Origin: Nitrosopumilaceae archaeon
Lineage (GTDB): Archaea > Thermoproteota > Nitrososphaeria > Nitrososphaerales > Nitrosopumilaceae
Direction: 5' to 3'
Assembly (NCBI GenBank): GCA_965200155.1
Contig: CBDATR010000024.1
Location: 128,001 to 192,000 of the forward strand
DNA length: 64,000 nt
Shown in pieces: positions 21,914-31,882 of this stretch (its first letter is position 1; every line of letters begins with the position of its first letter). Position numbers and translations under genes: made by a program. The notes under the pieces were generated by a model. That model was not told where the DNA came from and searched no databases. It worked only from the letters and a program-made list of their open reading frames with translations.

Positions 21914-22150
21914 TATGAACTGGTTCTCGTGGCCGCCTATATTGTAGCCTTCCTGACGTAGGTACTTGAGGCATAGCTTGTACACCACAGCATCAAACTG
22001 GGCGCGTTTCATCACGTCGTCCCAGGATACCTGTCCCCTCCTGCGTACATCCTCTGCTATGGTGGGTACCAGTAATTTGGCAGCATCTTTACACTCCTGA
22101 AAGGAACGACCTCCCTTGTACGCGGTCAGTCGTGTATCACAAGCGTCCAT
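21899..22150 (-). CDS. Hypothetical protein
   Basis: 83-aa ORF abutting the upstream gene's stop codon. Confidence 0.6.
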   Translation of the reverse strand: MDACDTRLTAYKGGRSFQECKDAAKLLVPTIAEDVRRRGQVSWDDVMKRAQFDAVVYKLCLKYLRQEGYNIGGHENQFISHSA

Positions 22151-22522
22151 TTACAGATCAGATGCTAGAGTCTTTATCTTTGTTACCATCATTACCTTCT
22201 GGTCTATGGGCATCTCCGGTTCCATGGTGAAATATATGATGTTGCGGGGTGTGTATATGACCATCTGTGTAACCTTCTCGCGCTCCACATGCACGTATCG
22301 CACCTTGCCCAAGGTTTCATCAAAGTCTTTGCGCATCTGTCTCCGCTGTGCAACCTGTTTGCAAAAGTGTTCTTCCTCCATCTGGGATTTTAAGTTGGTC
22401 TTGCCAGACTTCATTATAGCTTCCCGTATGTTACCGCGCACATCTATAACGGCGGCAAAGCGCATCTTTGGATCCAACCCTATTATCTCCTCTACCAACT
22501 TCAGGAGGGCGGCCCCATTCAT
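22151..22522 (-). CDS. Roadblock/profilin-like (DUF6659-type) protein
   Basis: MRFAAVID..G.I, DFDETLGKVRY.HVEREKV pattern. Confidence 0.7.
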   Translation of the reverse strand: MNGAALLKLVEEIIGLDPKMRFAAVIDVRGNIREAIMKSGKTNLKSQMEEEHFCKQVAQRRQMRKDFDETLGKVRYVHVEREKVTQMVIYTPRNIIYFTMEPEMPIDQKVMMVTKIKTLASDL

Positions 22523-22949
22523 AAGACGCAAGCGTGAGTGGGGCAATATAACTTGAACGTAATTGTATAAACTAATCTTTGTCCAAACAGTCCTTGGTAC
22601 TAAATTTATGCAGAAATACATCACTGAAATGAATGAAAATGCATGTATCAAGGGGATTACGTATCATTTACGCGTATTTGTACACTACTGTAATAGTGGT
22701 AACAGTTTAGGCCACCTTAGTAACTTTCCCTACAGACAACAAAGGCAGGGAATGGTGGGAATCTCACTTTCTACGTAACACTTGCATGATGGGGTGGCAT
22801 GGTATTATCTGGGGACTCATTCTGGCGTATGGCCGGTTCGAGGAATACAATCTTGTCGAATTTTGTGTCACAAGCGCGCCCCAACTTAAACGGTTATCTA
22901 ATTTTTGTACACTGAATTTATAAGTACCAAATGTAATACATAACCTTAA

Positions 22950-23858
22950 ATGTTATCAAGCAATAACAAGGAGAGGTGCTCCCGATGCTCGTGTGACATG
23001 CTGATCACCGACAGTGAATCCGGTGAGTTATGTTGTGCCAAGTGCGGATATGTCATCACTGAAAGAATACAAGAGTCTGGTCCCGAATGGCGCTCCTTTA
23101 CGAATAACGAGCGCGGAGACCGGTCCCGGGCTGGCGCTCCCACATCACTGAGTATACATGACATGGGACTGGCCACAGTCATAAATCCAATCAACAAGGA
23201 CGCATCCGGAAGGCCGCTGACTGCATCAATGAAGAATACCATAGAGCGACTCCGAACTTGGGACAACCGTAGCCAGGCACACGAGCCTACGGACCGTAAC
23301 TTTAGGCAGGCGTTTAGTGAGCTGAACCGCCTTAAGGACAAACTTGCACTGTCTGACAACGTTGTAGAAAAGGCTGCATACATTTATCGCAAGGCGCTAG
23401 ATAAGGGCTTGGTACGCGGCCGGTCCATATCCGCGTTAATGGCATCATCTCTTTTTGCTGCGTGCCGCTATACTGAGACGGCGCGTAACATAAAAGATAT
23501 CGAGAGTGTGTCCAACATAAAGCAGAAGGATATAGCCCGGTGCTATAGGTTACTGGTCAAGGAGCTGGATCTACGAATGCCCGTACCTGATCCCGTGCAG
23601 TGTGTCTCCCGTATAGCTAGCCGTATAGACATCGCCGAAAAGACAAGAAGGCTTGCCATCAAGGCACTTAAGATGGCTCAGGAGAAGGAGGTCTCCGCGG
23701 GAAAAGATCCCATGGGGTTGGCCGCGGCCGCATTATACTTGGCATGTGTTGAGAATGGGGAAGATAAGACCCAGCGAGACATTGCCAACGCTGCCAGCGT
23801 TACCGAGGTTACCATACGTAATCGCTACAAGGGCCTCAAGGAGTCCTTGGACATTTAA
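22950..23858 (+). CDS. tfb: Transcription initiation factor IIB
   Basis: Zn ribbon, GPEWRSF, HDMGL.T, VRGRS, GKDPMGLAAAALY, VTEVTIRNRY. TATA-like TTTATAA ~30 bp upstream. Confidence 0.96.
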   Translation: MLSSNNKERCSRCSCDMLITDSESGELCCAKCGYVITERIQESGPEWRSFTNNERGDRSRAGAPTSLSIHDMGLATVINPINKDASGRPLTASMKNTIERLRTWDNRSQAHEPTDRNFRQAFSELNRLKDKLALSDNVVEKAAYIYRKALDKGLVRGRSISALMASSLFAACRYTETARNIKDIESVSNIKQKDIARCYRLLVKELDLRMPVPDPVQCVSRIASRIDIAEKTRRLAIKALKMAQEKEVSAGKDPMGLAAAALYLACVENGEDKTQRDIANAASVTEVTIRNRYKGLKESLDI

Positions 23859-23964
23859 GCTGTTTGTATAAATTCACTTTTACTTATCTGGTGTGGGGGA
23901 TTTCGCACTATTGACCTTGCAGCAGGCTTGAAGAATTTTATATTATACAAGATATTGGTTATAC

Positions 23965-24120
23965 ATGCCAACTAAGATGTATTGTGAATCCTGTAACGAG
24001 GTCTTTGCCTCGCAGGAACATTATGATCGCCACTTAAAGTCTTGTAATATGGGTGGGTGTGGTGAGTCATGCATTATAGACGCGGTCATATCGCGTATAT
24101 GGAATAAATTAAAAAAGTAA
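23965..24120 (+). CDS. Small Zn-finger protein (51 aa; below ORF-track cut-off)
   Basis: MPTKMYCESCNEVFASQEHYDRHLKSC...; TTTTATA ~28 bp upstream. Confidence 0.6.
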   Translation: MPTKMYCESCNEVFASQEHYDRHLKSCNMGGCGESCIIDAVISRIWNKLKK

Positions 24121-24155
24121 GAGTTATTTTTATTCTACTATTACAATATTACCAT

Positions 24156-24620
24156 ATGCTAAAGCAGGTCTTTACCGCACCATATGTAGCACTGGCCGTT
24201 GCCATTACAGGCGGCATGGCCTTTGGTTTGTTATTATTATCGGAGTTCATATTCCTGGTGCCCTATATCATAGGTCACATACCTTCTGGTACTGAGATAG
24301 GGTTTGCCCTCGTACTGGCTATATCTGTCATGTCCGGTCTGGTCATACCCATGAACGTCTATCGCATAAGAACCATGAGGAATAACAAGACCATGGGCGG
24401 TGGAGTTGCGGGCTCGCTGATAGGGGCCGCAGCCGGTGCTTGCAGTTGCGGACCGGTGGGATTTGCCTTAATATCGACCTTTGGCAGTGCAGGTGCCGCA
24501 GCATCTTCGTTTCTGACCAACTATGATACACCCATTCGTATAGTGGCACTGGCCATACTGTTCGTAACCTTGTATACCACTACCCGCTCCTTAAACGTAC
24601 AGTGCCGTATACCCCAGTAA
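24156..24620 (+). CDS. Hypothetical membrane protein with ACSC motif
   Basis: Four hydrophobic segments. Confidence 0.7.
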   Translation: MLKQVFTAPYVALAVAITGGMAFGLLLLSEFIFLVPYIIGHIPSGTEIGFALVLAISVMSGLVIPMNVYRIRTMRNNKTMGGGVAGSLIGAAAGACSCGPVGFALISTFGSAGAAASSFLTNYDTPIRIVALAILFVTLYTTTRSLNVQCRIPQ

Positions 24621-24634
24621 CCCTTGGTGACCCA

Positions 24635-25789
24635 ATGATAACATCGTCCCGAGAGGCCAGGGAGGCCGCGACTCTTCAATGGAACCGCATGCTGGCTGCC
24701 CAGACCGATTTACTCTCCGCAGACGGACTACAGGGTTCCAGTCCACCGTCGGTCTTTGTAGGCGAGGCAGGGTATCCCCGGGTGAGGGTGGGTCCTATGA
24801 TTCCTCCCCGTCTTGGCGACACCTCAATTCTGGATGCTCCCGAGAGGTGGGCGGGTCTAACCTTGCAGGATATAGTATCCCATCGACTCTCCCTGGTGCG
24901 GGGTGTGCGCAGCATCCCTGTGGGTGCTACCACGGGCACATACATAGAGGAGTTGCAGGGTTTGGCCATGGGGGAGCGACCTACTGATTCTGAGATTGCC
25001 ATCTCCGGGGGATTCAAGCTGACCAATACCACCGACGGACACAGTGCCCCCTTTGGTCCTGTAGGGAACATAAAGAATATGCACATATCCAGCGTTACCG
25101 CCAACCGGCAAATTCAGAGACAGTACTATGACACAGATGTAGGCACAGCCCAGGCCATATTGGAGCTCTACCGATCTGACATCGATATATCGCGCATACA
25201 GAAATGCATGAGTATAGGAATGTTGGGTAGAAAACGACGCCTGGTACCCACCAAGTGGAGCATAACTGCCACCGATGACACAATATCTGCGCATCTGGTA
25301 CGTAACGTACAGGAGTGCCCTCTAATTGACTCATATCGAGTATTCCGGTATGAGCACCTGGGTAACACGTACTCCGTAATATTGTATCCCAATGTATGGG
25401 CTTTTGGATTCTCCGAGGCATGGTATGTTGGAAAGACACCCGTATTTGGCTCGGATTACGAGGATGGTTCCGGTTTCCGTGGATACCCAAATACTGCGGG
25501 AGCCTATTTTGCCTCGAGGCTTGCAGTGGCAGAGTATCTTGAACGGCGTCATCTGCAGGCCACGGCCATAGTCCTAAGGGAGATAGCGCCTTCATACTCG
25601 ATACCTGTGGGTGTCTGGCAGGTACGTGAAGGTGTGCGTCACGCTATGCGGGGCAAGCCCACATTCTGTCATAACATGACCGAATCACTAAATGTTGCCT
25701 GTAGTGGACTTAGTATACCCCGTAAAACATGGCTTGCTCAGAATGGAATAGGTCGCGTGGTATGCCAGCGCAGTATAACTGACTATTGA
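24635..25789 (+). CDS. nreA: Nre-family DNA repair protein
   Basis: GSSPPSVFVG..GYP.V.VGP, RRLVPTKWSITATDD, GAYFASRL, YSIPVGVWQVRE; C-terminal PIP box QRSITDY. Confidence 0.9.
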   Translation: MITSSREAREAATLQWNRMLAAQTDLLSADGLQGSSPPSVFVGEAGYPRVRVGPMIPPRLGDTSILDAPERWAGLTLQDIVSHRLSLVRGVRSIPVGATTGTYIEELQGLAMGERPTDSEIAISGGFKLTNTTDGHSAPFGPVGNIKNMHISSVTANRQIQRQYYDTDVGTAQAILELYRSDIDISRIQKCMSIGMLGRKRRLVPTKWSITATDDTISAHLVRNVQECPLIDSYRVFRYEHLGNTYSVILYPNVWAFGFSEAWYVGKTPVFGSDYEDGSGFRGYPNTAGAYFASRLAVAEYLERRHLQATAIVLREIAPSYSIPVGVWQVREGVRHAMRGKPTFCHNMTESLNVACSGLSIPRKTWLAQNGIGRVVCQRSITDY

Positions 25790-26225
25790 TAGATGAATGT
25801 TGAAATGATAATACCTGAATTTCGTGCTACAAGATAATGCATTGAGATGGTTCAGTATGCCTCTGGAAGAATCTTGGGCATCAAAGGCGGTCAGTTCAGG
25901 ACAGCAGACACATATGATTCCGCAACACTTTGCCACTTGCCTGTAACATTGTGCATGTCATGTCCCCATATGCCTATTCAAGTCTCTTGAAGAGTGTGGC
26001 GCCCCCCCCCCCCCATATGCCTGAATACTGAGACATGGTGACCGTTTAGGCCGCATAGAAGGTTACTAGAGCGCGAGCTTGCCAAGGTCATTATAATGAC
26101 GCTGGTCCATATCCAAGTACTGGCTGCCCAGAATCGGAAGTCACAGAGATCCATGACGGGAGTGACCTAGACGATTACACGTACGTGTGTGTAGCTTTTA
26201 TTGGAACTATTATGGTGTAGTGATA

Positions 26226-27146
26226 ATGCGGCGCACAATGATAATGGGAATCGGCGTGGCTGCTTCTCCCATAATATTTGCCCTGCTTGCATACCCGGAC
26301 AGCTTCAGCCTGAGCTGGAACCAGGGACGGGGCGGCTTTCTGTTTGCCTTGGCCTTTCTGGGTGCAGAGCTTGTGGGATTGCGCCTAGCCCCCAGCATGC
26401 GTCGCGTACTGTTCACTGTGCCACTGGCCATAGGCGTCATGGCATATCTGGCCATCATGGAGTCGGGAATGCAGGATGTTCTGGCGGCATCTGCAGAAGA
26501 GTATGGCGTACAGCTGGTATACTCGTGGATATGGATGTGGGACTTTTTGGTAATGACCTCATTCCTGGTTGCGGTATTTGTCATATACTTTGGCAAAAAG
26601 TGGGTTCGGGTGGCCCCCGCGGCACCCATGTTCCTGGGCGGCAGTGCCATAATACTGTCCCTGGACGCGTTCTTTCCTTATGACACGTTGGGTCCGCTAC
26701 AGTACATTGTCCCGTATCTGGTGCAGGCCAATGTATGGCTCATAGGATTGCTGGATCTGGGAACTGCCACTGCCCGTGATAATGTCATGTTTCTTCGGGG
26801 GGATCATGGCCCCATGGTACTACAGGTGTTCTGGCCATCCGCGGGTGTCCACAGTATTATCATATACTCGCTGGTTATGGGCGCCTTTCTGCTCAAGATG
26901 AACATAATACGACATCGCAAAATCATGTACTTTTGCCTGGGAATATTGGGCACCATAATCGTGAACATGATCCGTATATTCTCGCTGTCGTGGTACGCGC
27001 TTAAGGTGACCGCGGATCCCCAAAGGTGGGAAGAGTTCCACTCGGTAGCTGGCGAGATAATGTTTCTGCCCTGGCTCTTTGCATTCCTGTTTGTAGTAAT
27101 GTGGATAGAGACACGCAGGATGCGGCGCGCTCAGGCTCAGACGTAG
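26226..27146 (+). CDS. Thaumarchaeosortase (exosortase/archaeosortase family)
   Basis: LSWNQGRGG, VFWPSAGVHS (Ser at the catalytic Cys position), NMIRI, EEFH. Confidence 0.85.
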   Translation: MRRTMIMGIGVAASPIIFALLAYPDSFSLSWNQGRGGFLFALAFLGAELVGLRLAPSMRRVLFTVPLAIGVMAYLAIMESGMQDVLAASAEEYGVQLVYSWIWMWDFLVMTSFLVAVFVIYFGKKWVRVAPAAPMFLGGSAIILSLDAFFPYDTLGPLQYIVPYLVQANVWLIGLLDLGTATARDNVMFLRGDHGPMVLQVFWPSAGVHSIIIYSLVMGAFLLKMNIIRHRKIMYFCLGILGTIIVNMIRIFSLSWYALKVTADPQRWEEFHSVAGEIMFLPWLFAFLFVVMWIETRRMRRAQAQT

Positions 27147-28225
27147 TCTGTTATACTCTGCTGGCCCCGTACGGTACTTAGCTCGCTGACCTTTATGCCA
27201 AGTCGGCGTACGTATTGTGGCTGCTCCTGCATAGCCTCCTGAACCAGAATATGCGCTATCTCCTGCATCTTCTCCAGGCTGCTAGTGGAGTTTCTTACCG
27301 TGCGGGAGCGGGAACGGTTGGTCATGTCCGTGTGTACAAAAATGACGCTGACCGTACGAAATCGCAAACCGCGCTCTGTAACTATATCATGCAGTATCTT
27401 ACACAGTGATTGTATCTGGGAGCGCATCTCGGTATGGCTCTTTGCATCCTGTTTTAGGGTAACAATCTTGCTATATTGCAGGCTAGGCGGTCTCTTCTTT
27501 ACCGGTTCATCATTTATGCCCCGGGCGGAATTATACATGAATGTGGCACTCTTGCGCCCAAACAGTCTCTGCATCTCGAATATGTCCTGGCTCTTTAGTT
27601 GGGCTATGGTACTAACGCCCATCTTGTCCAGCTTCTGAACGGTCTTTCCGCCTATCCCCGGAATATCGCTGGGCTTGAGTGATTCAAGAAATGATTCTAA
27701 TGATTCCGGTCTTACCACCGTGAGTCCGTCGGGCTTTTTGAAGTCTGATGCAATCTTGGAGAGCAGCTTGTTCTGAGTCACGCCCACCGAGCAGGTCATT
27801 CTGAGTGATTCCCGAATCTCATTCTTCATCTGCTGGGCTATATGCGCGGCTCGCGTAAGTTCTCCGCCCACCCGTGCAGTCACATCAAGATAAGCCTCAT
27901 CCCTTCCCACATACTCGAATATGTCTGCAAATCGCTGCATTATCTCCATGGCCTTCTCGGATATGTCTGAATAGTAATCAAAATCAACCGGAATAAACTC
28001 CGCGTCTGTATCCCGTAATAATCGGCTGGCCTGGTGTATTGGCATGCCTGAGCGTGCACCAAACTTTCGTGCCTGGTAGTTGGCTGTGGCCACGGCGCCG
28101 CTTCCGCCACCTCGATTGGAGTATATGCATACGCAGACTGGTATGGTTCTGAGCCGCGGTGTCCTTATCTCCTCACACTGGGCATAAAAGTAATCAAAGT
28201 CAACATGGAGTATTGCACGATCCAA
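27137..28225 (-). CDS. dinB: DNA polymerase IV (Y family)
   Basis: HVDFDYFYAQCE, ATANY.AR.FG, GRDEAYLD, KIASD..KPDG; C-terminal PIP-like QQSITDYV. Confidence 0.95.
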   Translation of the reverse strand: MDRAILHVDFDYFYAQCEEIRTPRLRTIPVCVCIYSNRGGGSGAVATANYQARKFGARSGMPIHQASRLLRDTDAEFIPVDFDYYSDISEKAMEIMQRFADIFEYVGRDEAYLDVTARVGGELTRAAHIAQQMKNEIRESLRMTCSVGVTQNKLLSKIASDFKKPDGLTVVRPESLESFLESLKPSDIPGIGGKTVQKLDKMGVSTIAQLKSQDIFEMQRLFGRKSATFMYNSARGINDEPVKKRPPSLQYSKIVTLKQDAKSHTEMRSQIQSLCKILHDIVTERGLRFRTVSVIFVHTDMTNRSRSRTVRNSTSSLEKMQEIAHILVQEAMQEQPQYVRRLGIKVSELSTVRGQQSITDYV

Positions 28226-28247
28226 CGTTCCCTCTAAGGAATAATTC

Positions 28248-28600
28248 TATGGCGTCAACCATAAGTCTTGCGTGGTGTCTCGTGCCAAACTGCTCATCCG
28301 GTAAGATGTGACTTGTCATCACTTTTCCCCCTGATGTCTCCGGACGGCTCGCTAGGCGTCTAAACATATGCTTCCAGCTCACTGGGAACCAGCGTTGCCG
28401 GATGAACGTCTCCGGACGGCTCGCTAGGCGTCTAAACATATGCGCAAGGGAATCACGATTACTGGTGTGGCTTGCTCATGTCTGAGGAATGCGTGAACTT
28501 GTGTCCCGCATTTATGGATAATTATTGCTGCCACTATGCTACAAAGCATGATTTGAGATGTGGATACCAATCAGTACAAATGGTTCATTGTCAGACAATA
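28248..28600 (-). mobile_element. Relic 3' part of a second TIR-bounded tnpB element (C-terminal remnants, putative omegaRNA region, right TIR)
   Basis: Reverse complement aligns by eye with 41640-41774; TIR at 28248-28270; deleted remnants TSQ..C and IH..INAGH upstream. Inner boundary approximate. Confidence 0.65.
28336..28443 (-). repeat. Exact 36-bp direct repeat x2 with 36-bp unique spacer (CRISPR-like unit; no cas genes nearby)
   Basis: GTCTCCGGACGGCTCGCTAGGCGTCTAAACATATGC at 28336-28371 and 28408-28443. Confidence 0.9.
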
Positions 28601-28632
28601 CATCAATATAGAATATCCATGTATAATTAGCC

Positions 28633-28860
28633 GTGAGTGAGCCTGTAACAGTAGATGAAGAGGGTCCAAAGATAAGACCTGAGCTCATGGAGACTGAGAA
28701 ATTGTATCATTGCATATACAAGAATTGTGTTCTGTTATTCTTTCTGGATGATCAAAAGTTTCTATGCTGTTATGAGGTAGATGAACCTGATATAGTAAAA
28801 AAGATACAGAACTGCGACGGAAGTATAGAAGATATACTTGCCCAGTACGGTGGACTATGA
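28633..28860 (+). CDS. Hypothetical protein
   Basis: 75-aa acidic ORF. Confidence 0.65.
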   Translation: MSEPVTVDEEGPKIRPELMETEKLYHCIYKNCVLLFFLDDQKFLCCYEVDEPDIVKKIQNCDGSIEDILAQYGGL

Positions 28861-29226
28861 CTACAAGTAATGTGCTTTGGTGTGAACGTGATATTCTTCC
28901 TCATACTGTGTTAGGAATCCGCAGTGGGGGCAGGAGAACATTCCTGGATTGGGACGTGACTCTTTTTCAATGACTTTGCCTGTGGTGGACTTTATGAATA
29001 TGACATCGGACACCGGTACCACCTCAAAGTTGTGTCCCTCTCCTATCGATTCTAGATATTCCTGTATTGCTGTAACTACCAAACTCTTGTCCGGCTCCTC
29101 GTCGTCTATGGGTGAGAGCATAAACTCCGAGATCTTTAGCGTGGGAATGGCCTCGGCCTGATCTGCTACATATACTGCCAACTCGTTTAGTATGACCTTG
29201 ACTTGGTCGCATTTTACGGTGATCAA
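28861..29226 (-). CDS. Hypothetical protein with C-terminal C2H2 Zn finger
   Basis: FSCPHCGF.....Y.VHTKAH. Confidence 0.75.
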   Translation of the reverse strand: MITVKCDQVKVILNELAVYVADQAEAIPTLKISEFMLSPIDDEEPDKSLVVTAIQEYLESIGEGHNFEVVPVSDVIFIKSTTGKVIEKESRPNPGMFSCPHCGFLTQYEEEYHVHTKAHYL

Positions 29227-29273
29227 TTTGTCCAGATCATGACGGTGTTTAATTAAAGCCTTTGTTACACATT

Positions 29274-31491
29274 AGACCTTATGCGCATGATTGACAGTAA
29301 CAGCTTAGGTTGCTTCAAACTGGGGTGTATTTTATGGTACACAATCCGTCAAGCATAAACAATGTGAATAACATCTGCCAGCACTAACGTATGCCGTGAT
29401 TGCAAATGTCGTGTAGTGGGGCGACTGGATCTTGATGACATATATCATGAGTGAGCTAAACGGTTATCACAAAACCCATTAATTTAGTGGATTTTCTGAT
29501 GAGTAATATTCGAATTATAATATCACGGAAATTATGGACAGATATTTGTATGAGTTCACGTGTTTTGATCATTCACTAAGATATAGATCGGTATGGCAAT
29601 ATTTTACTTAAATACCAAATTTGCAATAAGAATCTAATGAGAAGACGCCGGTCCTATAAGGAATTGGAACTGGAAAATAAACTTCTTCAGGATACCCTTG
29701 CGTCTACCGAGAAAGATCTTGCACATTACAAGGAACGTGTGAGAGTATTGGAAGCATATATGTCACGCATCACAGAAGAAATACGAAATCTCACACAAGA
29801 TTTCCAAATTATTAGGAATTATGTAAATGAATTGAATGAGAAATTAGAAGAAAAACAGGGGAAAATTGCGGTACTCACAACGCGACTTAAATATTATGAG
29901 AATGCTCACTCGCCACCATCCCTTCAATCCCTCCAGTACAAGAAGCGAAAACAGGAGGAACAGAAGCGAAAACAGGGAGATAATAAGCAACAGACAGAAG
30001 CCAGTACGAAATCAGCCAAAAAGGCTGGCGCGCAAAAGGGACACAAGGGGGCTTCCCGTTCCCACAACCCCGGCAGAGTAATGCGCCACACCTTTGAGTG
30101 TGCTCCAATATGTGAGTGCGGCAATATAATGACAAAAATTGGTTGGAAACAACGACACATAACGGAATTAATACCAGCCAAAATAGAGGAGGCCCACCAT
30201 ATGATAGAAATGGCTGCATGCAAGTGCGGCAAAAAACAACTAGCCCCAGCAGCGGGCGTCCCAAAGAGTGGTAGTTTTGGGGTTCAATTATGCGGTGCCA
30301 TCACTGCATTGCGTGCGGAAAAGATTCCAATAAAACGCATACCTGTAATTTCGAAGGATCTCTTCGGCCTAAATATATCGGTGGGTGCAGTAAACAACAT
30401 AATTGCCAGGGCCGCCGATGCATGTGAATCATTTATGGAAACAATTCATGAAAATATAATAAAATCACCCAGCATTCATGTGGACGAAACTGGTATATCA
30501 CTGGCGGGTAGGCGTGGCTGGGTATGGGGGATGCGAGCCGAAGAGTGGATGATATACAAAAGTAGGAGTTCAAATGTAGTGAACAAATACCTTAACGGTT
30601 ACCAGGGAGCGATAGTCACAGACAGGTACGTTGTGTATCGCCGGTTTGATGACGGTGGGAAGCACCAGTTGTGTTGGGCGCATTTATTGCGCGATACCAG
30701 TATATTACATGCAGGATTCTATATTGATCCCGGTGCTCAGGACGCCCGGATCAAACTTGACAACGACCTGAAAGGATTGTTCCGGAGCGCACGGGAATCC
30801 CTGAATCACTGCGGGCCGTCCGCGCAATTACGACACTCATTTGAGACAGGAGCAGAATCCATTCTGCATCAGTACTGTGATGTTGATGATACTGAACTAC
30901 AAAAGAAGGTAAAAGGATTGAATAAGGCCATACCATGCATGTTCGTATTCTTAGAATATGACTGTGTAGAGCCCACCAACAATCCAGCGGAGCAGTGGAA
31001 CCGGTTCTGATACGCAGTGGTATTCCGCAAGATTAGTGGCCAGATAAAGGGTGGCGAAAGGGCAATGCGCCGCATGTCTACATTTGTATCATGTGTTCAG
31101 ACATGGAGGGCTCAAGGCCTTTCTGTTATGAACGAGGTTGCTGCCAGAATGCAGTTATAATTAAAAAAAACTGGGATGCATTCTATCATATTATGTGATC
31201 AAAACACGTGAACTCATACAGATATTTTTCAAGAATTTCTTGTATCTGGTATGCTTGTGCATAATGTGTAAATTATGCAACCCGGATACTACGAGTAGAT
31301 CTTCCCGGAATTCCTCACGAATGCCATCATATACCTGACTTAATCTACGATATACCTTTAGCATTCGAATTACATGCTCGATTAATGTGCGCCTTTTTGA
31401 TACATATTGGTTGTATTTCCTTTCAGTGTTAGTGAGTGATTCCCTACCCCTGTATGGAATTATGACCTTTGCGCCGGGTAGGAAGTCTTTC
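29274..31491 (-). mobile_element. IS5-family (ISL2-like) relic: right end plus 3' part of transposase, split by IS66 and truncated by a MITE
   Basis: 29274-29547 and 31220-31491 match the reverse complement of ~60700-61309. Confidence 0.9.
29548..31219 (+). mobile_element. Full-length IS66 element (1672 bp); transposase 29637-31010 ends at a premature in-frame TGA
   Basis: Perfect 24-bp TIRs; TSD AGATATTT. Confidence 0.95.
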
Positions 31492-31583
31492 GTATGAGTT
31501 CACCTGTGTCTAAATTTACGCACAACTGATCGCGACAGTTAATGTGATTTGTGCACAAGATTCTGGAAGACGTGAACTCATAC
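31492..31583. mobile_element. 92-bp MITE
   Basis: TIRs intact; no TSD; marks the truncation point of the IS5 relic. Confidence 0.94.
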
Positions 31584-31629
31584 TTTTTTATACGTAAAAA
31601 CTAATAACGCTCAATACATAAAATCTATT

Positions 31630-31836
31630 ATGTCTAATCTTAATTCGGATAATGTAATCATATATGTGGTAGGAGAGCGGCTTTCATGTGACACCAAGGG
31701 CAACATATACCATATGCCTGGCGGCAAGGAAAGAAAGGTCACCACGAATGAAGCTCGTACTATTGCAAAACGGTTATTGGAATCCGGGGGGGTAAAGGGA
31801 TCCAAGTATAATATATTACAATCAGGTTCGTTCTAA
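31630..31836 (+). CDS. Small hypothetical protein between mobile relics
   Basis: 68-aa ORF only. Confidence 0.3.
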   Translation: MSNLNSDNVIIYVVGERLSCDTKGNIYHMPGGKERKVTTNEARTIAKRLLESGGVKGSKYNILQSGSF

Positions 31837-31882
31837 GTACACTAGTGGTTGTCACTCTCATTATTGAACGACTTTATTTATT

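Noticed and set aside
28200-28439. 79-aa ORF with repeated MFRRLASRPET
   Set aside because: A by-product of the 36-bp DNA repeat; the region aligns with the non-coding 3' end of the tnpB element.
28336-28443. Calling this a bona fide CRISPR array
   Set aside because: Only two repeats, no leader and no cas genes in the window; kept as a repeat and a hypothesis.
31008-31010. In-frame TGA in IS66 as selenocysteine recoding
   Set aside because: The position is Arg in the intact allele, the stop is created by a local replacement, and no SECIS-like evidence was seen.
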